From: Opitutales bacterium
GTDB taxonomy: Bacteria > Verrucomicrobiota > Verrucomicrobiia > Opitutales > PNEW01
Reading direction: 5' to 3'
Assembly (NCBI GenBank): GCA_965219535.1
Contig: CBDCNV010000001.1
Coordinates: forward strand, 1,680,001 to 1,712,000
Length of the DNA: 32,000 nucleotides
Below the pieces are notes generated by a model. The model made no database searches and was not told the origin of the DNA. It saw only the letters and a program-made list of their open reading frames with translations. The translations under genes were made by a program, and so were the position numbers. Positions 8,941 to 18,405 of the stretch are shown here, one piece after another; position 1 is the stretch's first letter, and every line of letters starts with the position of its first letter.

Positions 8941-11271
8941 TTACTGTAAGTAATTTTCAATCTGCTTTATGAGTTTGGGGTCTGTCTCCAAAGATTGTGC
9001 GTGTTCGAGTATCGCGGAATATTGCCGATGCTCTTTTTCTAAAGCGTAGGCGGCTGTTTTATAAGTAAATTGACGTGTTTGCTGATTAGGATGTTTCATC
9101 CCTCTATTGAGGATAGCTACTAATTCCTCTTGATCCCAGTTCCATCCATCGCGAATACGGTGGTATTGCTGTATGGCAAATAAAACATTGTGGGTGAAAT
9201 CATGATCGAGTGGATATTCCTCTATAATGACTGCCAGAGAGGTGACCCTCGCGTCTTTTTTCCCATCCATTTCCATAAGTTTGCCGATGGCCGCTTTCTG
9301 CAAATTGACTGCAGACTTTCCGCTAATACTCTCTTTATCAAGTGAGACTATGACTTGAGTTCTTAATATTTCAGAATCCAGATATTTTATCGCATTATGA
9401 GGATTGCCGCGGTCTACCCCATAAACCAGTTGTAGTTCGATTTGCCTAATTTGCTCCTGAAGAAGAGGAGCAGTTTTTAATTCATTCAGCGTCGACCAAA
9501 CTACAGGAATATGAGATGCCTTTAATAAGGAATTCAGACTATTTGTACGCATCTTTGTATTCACATTTTGCACGACGGCATTTTTTAAAAGTGCAAGTTC
9601 TCCCGGGGTGATGCTATTGTAATTAATATTATAACCTGATAACATCCTTTCCTGAAGTTTAGGGCTAACTTCTGGAAAGTACTTCACTACTAAATTCCTC
9701 GCAAGATCCTGATCCCTCCTCCTGATATTATTATAAGCTTGGGTCGCAAATTGCAGATCTCGATCTTTTATCCAGACTGCAAATTCGCCAAGTTCCTCCT
9801 TCTTTACTTCATTCAGGATAAGACTTGCAAATTCAACACGTCTGGCATCGCGAGAATTATTTGCGATTACCTTTATTGTGTCTTTTACTTTTGTTTCATA
9901 AAGCTGCCCACGGAGAGAATATAGAGCTTCTGTCCTTATATCATCATGACCTCGGCGCGCGAGAAAGAGAATTGGACCGTACCCCCAGAACCAGGGTTTA
10001 TTTTTCAGAGATTCGATTACGATTTTCTGGCTGTTGAGGTCGGCTTCTATTAATGATTGAGCAAGCCACTTGCCATGCTCTTTCAGATCAAGTGAGATAA
10101 TAAGATAATACAATTCTCCTAACGTATCGGTGGAAGCTGATTTAATTGCTTCAGCAAATTGAGGGTGGAATAGATCGGGCGCGGTCAATGCCATGGCTAA
10201 TGCTGTTTTCCGGTCGATACTCCCATCATCTCCAAAAATGGATATTCCCTCAACCTTGTGGTAGGGAAAGAAACTGAATTCAGGTATTGATTCAAGTGCA
10301 TCGGTGAGGTCTTTTTCCAGTTTTGCCCGGTTTTTATTTAACAGCTCATCTGCCTCATCAAGGGCGCCGGATTTTTTTTCTTTCACCCAAATCGAATCGG
10401 GCGCCGGCGCTTCAGCTTCCAGTGAACGGAGATTATCCCAACCGGTTTCTATAAACTTATCACCTTCCATTTCAAATGAGACGATGGCCTTTATCGGAAT
10501 GCTAGGAGGTGCTCGATTCAGCGAATTCGAATTTTCGAAAACGTACTCGGCGTCTTCTTCTTCGACTTTAATATTCAATGTTTTCCAAGTCGCCTGCTTT
10601 TCGAGTTGCCCCATGCTCCGAGCAAATACCAGTTTGTATCCCGTTTGATCGCGCCATTTATTTTGCAGTACGCGTTCGATGATTTTTCCATACTGGTATT
10701 GATAACCATTAATATAATCAGAAATATTTACGCGCAGCCATTTTGAAGCGAAAACCGCGCGCGCTCTTTCAATCTCCTTATTGCGATCTCTGTATTCGCG
10801 CTCTAAATCACGAAAAGCAAAATCGTTATAGGTGCGATAAAAGGATTCCGTGTAAGAGGGTGTAACTTCCGCGGATTTAAGCTTTTCAATAATTAATCTG
10901 AATTCTGCTTGCAGTGCTTCAAGTAATAACGCGTCCTGCTCTTTTTTCCAGTCGCTTAGGGTGAGGCCGGGCCTGATTTCTTTATAACCATGTTCATTTA
11001 TTTCGTAACCAATTTTATCTTTGCCTGCCTTGTAAAAGCGTTCGGCTTCTTCAAGCCGATGTTCATTCAAAGCGACGATTGTTTTTTTCCATAATTCTTC
11101 AGCCTTGGCGGCACCGGCTTTTATTTTCTCTTCGGACTTGGCTTCATATTTTTCTGCAGCTCTCTCGTACCGATCATCCTCCTTGTCCTTTTTAAAATAG
11201 AAGTAGTATAAATTAATAGCGACAATGATAAGAATTGCCGCATTAATAGCTTTTTTATTGAGCAGTTCCAT
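8941..11271 (-). CDS. Hypothetical 776-aa membrane-anchored, largely alpha-helical protein (no family recognised)
   Basis: Long uninterrupted ORF with an ATG start. One N-terminal TM helix (AINAAILIIVAINLYYFYF), then a charged K/E-rich coiled-coil-like segment, then a long helix-rich region with no motif I recognise. Confidence 0.85.
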   Translation of the reverse strand: MELLNKKAINAAILIIVAINLYYFYFKKDKEDDRYERAAEKYEAKSEEKIKAGAAKAEELWKKTIVALNEHRLEEAERFYKAGKDKIGYEINEHGYKEIRPGLTLSDWKKEQDALLLEALQAEFRLIIEKLKSAEVTPSYTESFYRTYNDFAFRDLEREYRDRNKEIERARAVFASKWLRVNISDYINGYQYQYGKIIERVLQNKWRDQTGYKLVFARSMGQLEKQATWKTLNIKVEEEDAEYVFENSNSLNRAPPSIPIKAIVSFEMEGDKFIETGWDNLRSLEAEAPAPDSIWVKEKKSGALDEADELLNKNRAKLEKDLTDALESIPEFSFFPYHKVEGISIFGDDGSIDRKTALAMALTAPDLFHPQFAEAIKSASTDTLGELYYLIISLDLKEHGKWLAQSLIEADLNSQKIVIESLKNKPWFWGYGPILFLARRGHDDIRTEALYSLRGQLYETKVKDTIKVIANNSRDARRVEFASLILNEVKKEELGEFAVWIKDRDLQFATQAYNNIRRRDQDLARNLVVKYFPEVSPKLQERMLSGYNINYNSITPGELALLKNAVVQNVNTKMRTNSLNSLLKASHIPVVWSTLNELKTAPLLQEQIRQIELQLVYGVDRGNPHNAIKYLDSEILRTQVIVSLDKESISGKSAVNLQKAAIGKLMEMDGKKDARVTSLAVIIEEYPLDHDFTHNVLFAIQQYHRIRDGWNWDQEELVAILNRGMKHPNQQTRQFTYKTAAYALEKEHRQYSAILEHAQSLETDPKLIKQIENYLQ

Positions 11272-11462
11272 ATATTAAGTTACTCGCCGGTCATTTAAAT
11301 GATGACAGGAGGAAGTGATTTTAGTCTAAAATGCATAGCCTGGTAATTTATTATTCTGCAAGTAATTATATTTGCCTTCGCGAATACTATTTCAATTCCC
11401 AAGATTATTATAACGGCTATAATGTTCAAGAGATATTAAATAATCGGCAATAGATTATTTTA

Positions 11463-11951
11463 TTGAAATATTTATTTTTGCTTTATAGGATTTTGAGTAT
11501 CGAACTGAAAGAATTATTTCCCCTCGTCCCAATATTCGCAGGACTCAATGATGAGGCACTAAATTCTCTCATTGAGCGGGTGAGGACTTTCGACTATTCA
11601 CCCGATAATATCGTTATAACCGAAGGGACTTTGGGGGACACCCTTTATGTCATTGCTGAGGGGGCCGTTGAAGTAGTTAAGCATCTGGATTTACCGAATG
11701 AGACGGTACTCGCCACGTTGAAAGTGAAAGAAACATTTGGCGAGATGTGCATTATCGAGCCGGTGGCGCGGTCGGCATCGGTCCGCGCCCTGGATGAACC
11801 GACTGTACTTTTTGCGCTGCACAGTTCTGACCTCCACCGGCTTTATAAGATAAATCCTGAACAATTTTCCATTCTCATTCTTAACATCGCGCGCGATATT
11901 TGCAGGCGCTTAAGACAAGTGGACGAGCTGTATACAGCTAAAGCTAATTAG
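11463..11951 (+). CDS. Stand-alone cyclic-nucleotide-binding (cNMP/CAP-effector type) domain protein
   Basis: FGEMCIIEPVARSASVRAL carries the GE...R(S/T)A phosphate-binding cassette of CNB domains. At 162 aa or less it has no room for a Crp-type HTH. There is no in-frame ATG at the N-terminus; candidate starts are TTG 11463, 11478 and 11493 (AGGA just before 11493). The start is uncertain. Confidence 0.8.
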   Translation: MKYLFLLYRILSIELKELFPLVPIFAGLNDEALNSLIERVRTFDYSPDNIVITEGTLGDTLYVIAEGAVEVVKHLDLPNETVLATLKVKETFGEMCIIEPVARSASVRALDEPTVLFALHSSDLHRLYKINPEQFSILILNIARDICRRLRQVDELYTAKAN

Positions 11952-11982
11952 GATATTATTCAGCGGTTATAATATTCTATCG

Positions 11983-12534
11983 ATGGTCTTTATTTGTCTT
12001 TTCTATTTTGCCTTAACCTTTATCGGACTTGGTTTGGTATTCTGGGGGAGAAACGAATTATATTTATTTGATCCTCTGGCTTTCTCCATCGACAACGGCC
12101 CAATATTTTTAGCGCTCAGTGTTTCAATAATTTTTATTGTGCACTTCTTATCCCGCTGGTCAGTGGGGCGTTGGCCCTCGCTCAAGCAAAGTGCCCGGGA
12201 ATTAAATCATTGGCTGGGCGAAATGAAAAATATGCAAATATTTATAATCGCTTTTGTAAGTGGAGTCGGAGAAGAGATAGTTTTTAGAGGTTGGTTGTTA
12301 AATGAAATAGGATTAATCTACTCCTCGATCATATTTGGAGTTGTACACTGGCCTCCAAACAGAAACTGGAGGTTTTGGCCTTTTTTTGCATTTGGCATGG
12401 GTATTATTCTCGGAGTACTTTGTGTGTGGACGAATACTTTAGTTTACGCGGTTATCGTGCACGCCGGGATAAATTTTTTGAATCTTCGCTTATTACCTAA
12501 AATTGTTACTTTCGAAGAGCGCGAAGAGATATAA
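11983..12534 (+). CDS. CPBP family intramembrane protease (CAAX protease / Abi family)
   Basis: All three family motifs are present: GEEIVFRGWL (EExxxR), FGVVHW (FxxxH), VHAGINF (HxxxN). Multiple TM helices. Starts 31 nt after the cNMP-binding gene. Confidence 0.9.
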   Translation: MVFICLFYFALTFIGLGLVFWGRNELYLFDPLAFSIDNGPIFLALSVSIIFIVHFLSRWSVGRWPSLKQSARELNHWLGEMKNMQIFIIAFVSGVGEEIVFRGWLLNEIGLIYSSIIFGVVHWPPNRNWRFWPFFAFGMGIILGVLCVWTNTLVYAVIVHAGINFLNLRLLPKIVTFEEREEI

Positions 12535-12566
12535 ATTGAGTCGTAGATAATTTGAAATCAGAGTGA

Positions 12567-13937
12567 TCAATTTTTGTTTCTTTCATTTCTTAGATGAATC
12601 AATTTTCGTTGAGGATTTTCCATCCAGAACCCGCCAATAGCTATAGCGACGGGTAATAATATTGAAGCGAGGAAAATGGGTTCATATTGACCTAGATACT
12701 GCTTAGAGAGACTGAAAATAAAAGGTCCGAGTGAACTGCTGATTACGGTAATAGAAGCTGATAAACCAGCTATGACTCCTAAATGTAAGCGCCCGAAATA
12801 ACGCGGCCAGGAAACACCGTTCAAAACCTGCCAACAACCTATGGGAATACCAATGCCCAAGACAATAAAGATTTTTCCAATAAATGATGGCATCATGAGC
12901 ATTCCAGCAGGAGCTATAGCGCCGGCAACGGACATTAAAATTAAAACATATTTAAGCCGTGTTTTATCCGCAATCCACCCGGATAGGAAATTCGTGACGA
13001 CCCCGACGAAAGCCATGGGGATAAATAAATTCAATGTCATGGCTTTATCTAATCCAAGTTCCTCACCAATTGAAATGACATGAAAGGTATATCCCGTGGA
13101 GAATATGGCGCTATAAGCAAAGTTTATATTAATCAGCCAGAATGAATAGGTTTTGATCGCCTGTTTCAGTGTGTATTCACGCACAATCATCATATCTGAA
13201 TTTTTAATGGGATCTTTAAGCGGGGAATTATCGCCGTCCATGACAAGTCCACAATCTTCTGGATTCTCTCGAAATAAAAGCCAGGTGATGAAGGTCATAC
13301 CGAATATAAGGAACAGGCCTAAAAATATCCATGCGCCTCGCCAACCCAACCATTCTATAAGAGCATTGAAACCTTTAGGTGTAATAGCAAAGGCGAATGT
13401 AGATATCATCCCGCTGATCGCCATGATCAGTCCTCGTTTTTTATCAAACCATTTCCCCATCATGTTTTGGGACATGACCCAAAGGAATCCCTGGCCAATA
13501 AACCGGATTAAAAAAAATCCGGTAAATACAGTAATAAAGGCAGCGCTCCAACGATTAATCAGAACAATGTTAAAACTGATGAAAGCCGCAATACGATCTG
13601 ATTGGCTTAATAATATAAGCGCTAAACCCATATTTATGGAGGCAAAGACAATACATTTTCTTGCTCCATATCGATCATAGAGCCTGCCAGACCAGGGCAG
13701 AAGCAGTCCTCCAAACAACGTCCCGAGAAAATAAGCGAAACTCATATGAACACGAGTCAGATCCAAATGTGTTATGAGGTAATCTATAAATACACTTACC
13801 CCGCCGGTCTGGCCCGGCATCGATGAGATAAAGGAAATCGTTCCCGCACCCATAATTATCCAGCCGTAAAAAAATGGGAAACGAGCGGGCGATAGGGGGA
13901 AATTCGGAGCCCAAAAGATTGAACTATTACCTTTCAT
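12567..13937 (-). CDS. MFS transporter (substrate unknown)
   Basis: 456 aa, about 12 hydrophobic segments. MFS motif-A-like loop SGRLYDRYGARK between TM2 and TM3. Confidence 0.88.
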   Translation of the reverse strand: MKGNSSIFWAPNFPLSPARFPFFYGWIIMGAGTISFISSMPGQTGGVSVFIDYLITHLDLTRVHMSFAYFLGTLFGGLLLPWSGRLYDRYGARKCIVFASINMGLALILLSQSDRIAAFISFNIVLINRWSAAFITVFTGFFLIRFIGQGFLWVMSQNMMGKWFDKKRGLIMAISGMISTFAFAITPKGFNALIEWLGWRGAWIFLGLFLIFGMTFITWLLFRENPEDCGLVMDGDNSPLKDPIKNSDMMIVREYTLKQAIKTYSFWLININFAYSAIFSTGYTFHVISIGEELGLDKAMTLNLFIPMAFVGVVTNFLSGWIADKTRLKYVLILMSVAGAIAPAGMLMMPSFIGKIFIVLGIGIPIGCWQVLNGVSWPRYFGRLHLGVIAGLSASITVISSSLGPFIFSLSKQYLGQYEPIFLASILLPVAIAIGGFWMENPQRKLIHLRNERNKN

Positions 13938-14083
13938 TAGGATGGATTGAGTATATTTATATTAATAGGGATGATATTAATTGGTATTGCGTGCTAATAA
14001 AAAATTTGAATAGTCTAATTTACATCCTGAGGAAAAATAATAATAAAACTCTACTGATACAGAAATAAATTGGTAACGATACG

Positions 14084-14155
14084 ACTGCGCAGTGGATACG
14101 CAGCGGTAATTCCCAGACAAGCATTTTCACAATAAACGTGTAAATGCAATTACCG
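14084..14155. promoter_or_regulatory. Cluster of short palindromes and inverted repeats in the divergent MFS / AsnC-regulator promoter region
   Basis: 10-bp perfect palindrome ACTGCGCAGT (14084-14093). GATACG occurs twice flanking it. CGGTAAT (14104-14110) and ATTACCG (14149-14155) form an inverted pair. GTGTAAAT sits at 14138-14145. Operator function is inference. Confidence 0.3.
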
Positions 14156-14195
14156 ACTGAAATAGTAAACTTTCATTTTAACACACCCTTTCATT

Positions 14196-14678
14196 ATGAA
14201 TGAAGTTTTAAAAACAATTATTGAAAGAGAAAGTCTCTCTACCGCTCAAATCGGAGAAATTCTTGGAATGGATGAAAGTGCCGTAGAAGAGGAGTTGAAC
14301 AAACTGAGGGATAATAATATTTTATTAGGTTGGCGACCGATCCTGAATCCCGAGGCCGTAGAAAAAGAGCGTGTACGCGCGGTTATTGAAGTAAAGATAA
14401 GCCCGGAGCGGGAAGGGGGATTTGATCGTACCTCCGAACGCATTAGTCGATTTGATGAAGTGGAGTCGTGTTACTTGATGTCCGGAGGCTATGACCTACT
14501 GGTTATTGTCAAAGGAGATAATCTACACAAAGTCGCAGCATTCGTATCGGAAAAACTCGCCACGCTCTCTGGTGTCTTATCGACAGCGACGCATTTTTTA
14601 TTGAGAGCGTACAAGGAACAAGGTTACTACCTTGGTGATAAAGGGCACGGGACCGATAAACCTGCCGTCAGTCCGTAA
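14196..14678 (+). CDS. AsnC/Lrp family transcriptional regulator
   Basis: 160 aa. N-terminal HTH (LSTAQIGEILGMDESAVEEELNKLRDNNIL) followed by a RAM/ACT-like ligand domain (CYLMSGGYDLLVIVKGDNL). The stop overlaps the next gene's ATG (TAATG). Confidence 0.88.
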   Translation: MNEVLKTIIERESLSTAQIGEILGMDESAVEEELNKLRDNNILLGWRPILNPEAVEKERVRAVIEVKISPEREGGFDRTSERISRFDEVESCYLMSGGYDLLVIVKGDNLHKVAAFVSEKLATLSGVLSTATHFLLRAYKEQGYYLGDKGHGTDKPAVSP

Positions 14679-15847
14679 TGAGCCAGGATAGTTCAAAATA
14701 TGTGGCCAGCCATGTAAAAGGGCTGCCACGTTCAGGGATTCGTGACTTTTTTGCCATTGTTTCGCAAATGCCCGATGCCATCTCACTGGGGATCGGCGAA
14801 CCTGATTTTATTGCCCCCTGGCATATACGTGAAGCTGCTATCTTTGCCCTCGAACGAGGTAAAACAAGCTATACCGACAATTTAGGTCTTATTGAATTAC
14901 GGAAGGTAATTGTTCATTACCTCGAATCACATTTTGGCATAAGTTATAATCCGGAAAATGAAGTTTTAGTAACGACGGGTGTTTCTGAAGCTTTAGATAT
15001 TACCTTGCGCGCGATTATGAACCCCGGAGACAAGATATTGTATCATGAACCCTGTTATGTTTCTTATCATCCCAGTGTAACGTTGGCCCACGGTGAAGCT
15101 ATTTCAATCCCGACGAATGCGAATAATAATTTCAAGCTTGAACCTGAATCTTTGATTAACGCTTGGCAGCCGGGTTGTAAGGCGCTCCTCCTGAATTTTC
15201 CTACCAATCCAACAGGAGGAATAATGGATCGTGAGAAGCTGGAAGAGATTGCTCGATTTGCTATAGATAAGGACCTGCTTGTGATTAGTGATGAAATATA
15301 TGCTGAACTTACTTTTGAAGGTAAACATATAAGCATCGCTTCACTCCCCGGAATGAAAAATCGGACTATCCATCTCCACGGCGTGTCTAAAGCTTTTGCG
15401 ATGACAGGTTTTAGACTGGGTTACGCTTGCGCCTCATCGACGCTTATTGAGGCTATGATGAAAGTGCACCAGTATAGTATGATGTGCGCACCCATATTAA
15501 GCCAGGAAGCTGCGATTGAAGCACTTAATAATGGTGAGGATAGTGTTCAGCGAATGTTTCAGCAATACTTGCGCCGCCGCGATTATATCGTTCGTCGATT
15601 TAATGAAATCGGGTTAACCTGTCATGTCCCTGAGGGGACCTTTTATGCCTTTCCCAATGTTCAATCAACAGGTTTAAGCGAAATCGATTTTTCACATCGT
15701 CTTCTTTATGACCAAAAGGTCGCCGTCGTCCCCGGTACCGCATTTGGCGAAGACGGTAAAGGACATGTCCGCGCCAGTTTCTCTTCAAGTTACGAACATC
15801 TTATCGAAGCTGCCGAACGGATAGAGCGGTTCGTCGGAAGTCTCTGA
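14678..15847 (+). CDS. Class I/II PLP-dependent aminotransferase (aspartate/aromatic aminotransferase-like)
   Basis: 389 aa. NFPTNPTGG, PLP-lysine context GVSKAFAMTGFRLGY, C-terminal RASFSSS. Specificity cannot be determined from sequence alone. Confidence 0.9.
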   Translation: MSQDSSKYVASHVKGLPRSGIRDFFAIVSQMPDAISLGIGEPDFIAPWHIREAAIFALERGKTSYTDNLGLIELRKVIVHYLESHFGISYNPENEVLVTTGVSEALDITLRAIMNPGDKILYHEPCYVSYHPSVTLAHGEAISIPTNANNNFKLEPESLINAWQPGCKALLLNFPTNPTGGIMDREKLEEIARFAIDKDLLVISDEIYAELTFEGKHISIASLPGMKNRTIHLHGVSKAFAMTGFRLGYACASSTLIEAMMKVHQYSMMCAPILSQEAAIEALNNGEDSVQRMFQQYLRRRDYIVRRFNEIGLTCHVPEGTFYAFPNVQSTGLSEIDFSHRLLYDQKVAVVPGTAFGEDGKGHVRASFSSSYEHLIEAAERIERFVGSL

Positions 15848-15848
15848 A

Positions 15849-17267
15849 ATGAATACCCTACGACATGTAGCCATAGTCGGACGGCCCAACGTCGGCAAGA
15901 GTCGACTTTTTAACCGCCTTTCAAACAGTCGTGTCGCGATTGTACACGATGAGCCGGGTGTAACACGGGACGTGAACAGTGTCGTTGTTGATGACGAATT
16001 CACTCTACTGGATACGGGTGGCATAGGATTAGCCATAGAATCCAATAGTCAGGATCTTAATTTGGCTGTAGATGAACAGATAGAATTTGCCATTCAAGCT
16101 GCAGATATAATCCTTTTTTTGGTTGATGGTCGTGAAGGTTTGTCAGCCCTTGATGAAATTATTGCTGAAAAGCTTCGCAACAGCGGTAAGGCACCTATTT
16201 TAGTGATCAACAAAATAGATTTCCCGAAACTTGAAGAGGGGACAGGGGAGTTTTCACGACTGGGTTTTGGTGAAGGGTTAATGATATCAGCTGAACACAG
16301 TCGGGGGATTGAATATCTCCGTGCTCAAATAGACAGGCTAATTGGACCCATAAGAGAAAAAATTATTAAAGAAGAGGATCTGCGCATAAAGCTCTGTTTT
16401 TTGGGGCGGCCTAATGTGGGTAAATCATCCGTTTGCAACAGTTTGATTAAGTCGAAACGCTTGATCGTAAATGAAACACCCGGGACGACAAGAGATGCGG
16501 TAGAGATTGATTTTGATTACTGCAAAAATGGTGAATCACCCTGGCTATTTAGTCTTATCGATACGGCAGGTTTGCGTAAAAAGAATAAGATAAATTCTTC
16601 GGTCGAATACTTTTCTTCCATTCGATCACATCATGCTGTGGAGAGAGCTGATGTGGTTTTTTTAGTCCTCGATGCGAAGACAGGAGTAACGAAGCAGGAC
16701 AAATTACTAGCTGGAAAAATATTAGAGTTCGGGCGCAGCATAGCGGTTCTGGTAAATAAGTGGGACTTTGCGCTTGAATCCTTTGATCGCAATCCGTTGC
16801 CGGGATATAAAGACGAAGAGGAATTTCGCAAAGAATTTACGGCTTCCGTGCTTAAAGAACTCTTTTTTTTACCCGATAGCCCTGTTATCTATGTCTCGGC
16901 GAAGACGGGTTTTAACTTAGATAAGATATTTGAATCAGCGCGTGCACTGGACGAAACGGCACGCCGTCAACTATCCACACCGCGAATAAATCGCTTAATC
17001 TCTAGATTAGTTGTACGCAAATCTCCTCCGATGATAAAAGGAGGACGGTTTAAAGTATATTATGCTTTGCAGACAGGTAATCGACCCCACCGCATTCGCT
17101 TATACTGCAATCAAATAGCACGCTTGGATGACAGCTATCGGCGCTATTTAGAATCTAATTTTACTTCCGAGTTTGATTTGCAGGGATGTCCGATAAAAAT
17201 CGAACTTGTTGGCAAGCCAGCTCGAGAAAAAGGAGATGGCATTTCGAAAAAATCCCGGGAGGGCTGA
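15849..17267 (+). CDS. der: Ribosome-biogenesis GTPase Der (EngA), tandem G-domains plus KH-like domain
   Basis: Two P-loops GRPNVGKS (residues about 11 and about 187). DTGG / DTAG, NKID / NKWD. Starts 1 nt after the aminotransferase stop (TGAAATG). Confidence 0.95.
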   Translation: MNTLRHVAIVGRPNVGKSRLFNRLSNSRVAIVHDEPGVTRDVNSVVVDDEFTLLDTGGIGLAIESNSQDLNLAVDEQIEFAIQAADIILFLVDGREGLSALDEIIAEKLRNSGKAPILVINKIDFPKLEEGTGEFSRLGFGEGLMISAEHSRGIEYLRAQIDRLIGPIREKIIKEEDLRIKLCFLGRPNVGKSSVCNSLIKSKRLIVNETPGTTRDAVEIDFDYCKNGESPWLFSLIDTAGLRKKNKINSSVEYFSSIRSHHAVERADVVFLVLDAKTGVTKQDKLLAGKILEFGRSIAVLVNKWDFALESFDRNPLPGYKDEEEFRKEFTASVLKELFFLPDSPVIYVSAKTGFNLDKIFESARALDETARRQLSTPRINRLISRLVVRKSPPMIKGGRFKVYYALQTGNRPHRIRLYCNQIARLDDSYRRYLESNFTSEFDLQGCPIKIELVGKPAREKGDGISKKSREG

Positions 17268-17271
17268 TTTA

Positions 17272-18279
17272 TTGGGTAAAATTTCAACAGTATTTATGGG
17301 GTCTGATGCCATCGCTTTACCGATGCTACAGGATCTATTCACTCATTTCAAAGAAGAGGTTCATTTAAAAGGTGTAATCACACAGCCTGATCGGCGTTCT
17401 GGCCGCGGGATGAAGCTGCATGCCAATCCGATTAAAAGTTGGGCTATAGAAAATAAAATAACCGTTCAACAACCTGTAAGACCGGGGAATGATATCTGTG
17501 ATTGGTTGGAAGAGCAAGGATGTGAACTTATCATTGTCATGGCCTACGGGCGTATTCTAAGGGATAAGCTTTTAAAAATCCCTCAGCTGGGTGTATTAAA
17601 TTTACACGCTTCACTATTGCCAGCTTATCGTGGCGCGTCACCCATCCCAGCGGCGATCGCTTCGGGTGATCGCTTTACTGGAGTCACTATAATGCGTGTC
17701 GTGCCGGAACTTGATGCGGGGCCGATACTCGATAATGAGAAAGTGGGAATTGATTTAAAGGACGATTCACACTCCTTAGGTAAAAAAATCGGGCAAGCAG
17801 CAGCTATCGTGACGCGAAGAAATCTATTGGCAATTATAGAAGGAAAGTCGACATTTGTGCCACAGAACGACGAAGAAGCCAGTTTTACGCGTCTTCTGAA
17901 TAAAGAAGATGGGGTCCTTGACTTTCAAGTTTCAGCTAATGATCTGGTTAATCGAGTTCGGGCGTTAAAACCCTGGCCGGGCTGCTTTTTCTATTTTGAT
18001 GAGCAAAGAATTAAAATTGGTGAGGTGGAAACTGAAAACAAGCTTACATCCATTGAGCCAGGTGTAATTCTTGGCGAAGAGGGCGGTGCTTTATGTGTGA
18101 GTACAGGGTCCGGTATTTTGCGCCTCCTTGAATTACAGCGCCCGGGGGGACGCATGTTGCCAGCGAAAGAATTTCTTAGAGGTCTTAGGATGGAATGTGG
18201 CACCGTTTTACCTGAGAAAAGGATGTTTCCCCTTGTATCTTCTCAACCCTTTTTAAAGGGAAAGAGTAATTCTCAGTGA
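17272..18279 (+). CDS. fmt: Methionyl-tRNA formyltransferase
   Basis: VFMGSDAIALPML N-terminus, HASLLPAYRGASPI (SLLP motif), C-terminal Formyl_trans_C-like region. Start is ambiguous. TTG 17272 gives the N-terminal length usual for Fmt and avoids overlap with der. ATG 17236 (AGGAG directly abutting) and TTG 17206 are longer alternatives overlapping der. Confidence 0.9.
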   Translation: MGKISTVFMGSDAIALPMLQDLFTHFKEEVHLKGVITQPDRRSGRGMKLHANPIKSWAIENKITVQQPVRPGNDICDWLEEQGCELIIVMAYGRILRDKLLKIPQLGVLNLHASLLPAYRGASPIPAAIASGDRFTGVTIMRVVPELDAGPILDNEKVGIDLKDDSHSLGKKIGQAAAIVTRRNLLAIIEGKSTFVPQNDEEASFTRLLNKEDGVLDFQVSANDLVNRVRALKPWPGCFFYFDEQRIKIGEVETENKLTSIEPGVILGEEGGALCVSTGSGILRLLELQRPGGRMLPAKEFLRGLRMECGTVLPEKRMFPLVSSQPFLKGKSNSQ

Positions 18280-18405
18280 TGATTCAGAGATAAACCAGCG
18301 CATTTATTCTTTTTTATCTTTTCTTTGAATCTTCTAGGCTTATTTTCTGTCAAAGTAGTTAAATACGCGCAATTTACGTTTTTATATGTGACCTCTTTTT
18401 TAAAA

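Noticed and set aside
13153-13680. 175-aa plus-strand ORF inside the MFS transporter gene. Similar antisense ORFs occur at 638-1045, 10304-10648, 26016-26426 and 26597-26899.
   Set aside because: All lie wholly within, and antisense to or out of frame with, long genes that carry strong family motifs. Their products are low-complexity with no recognisable motifs. They are typical shadow ORFs.
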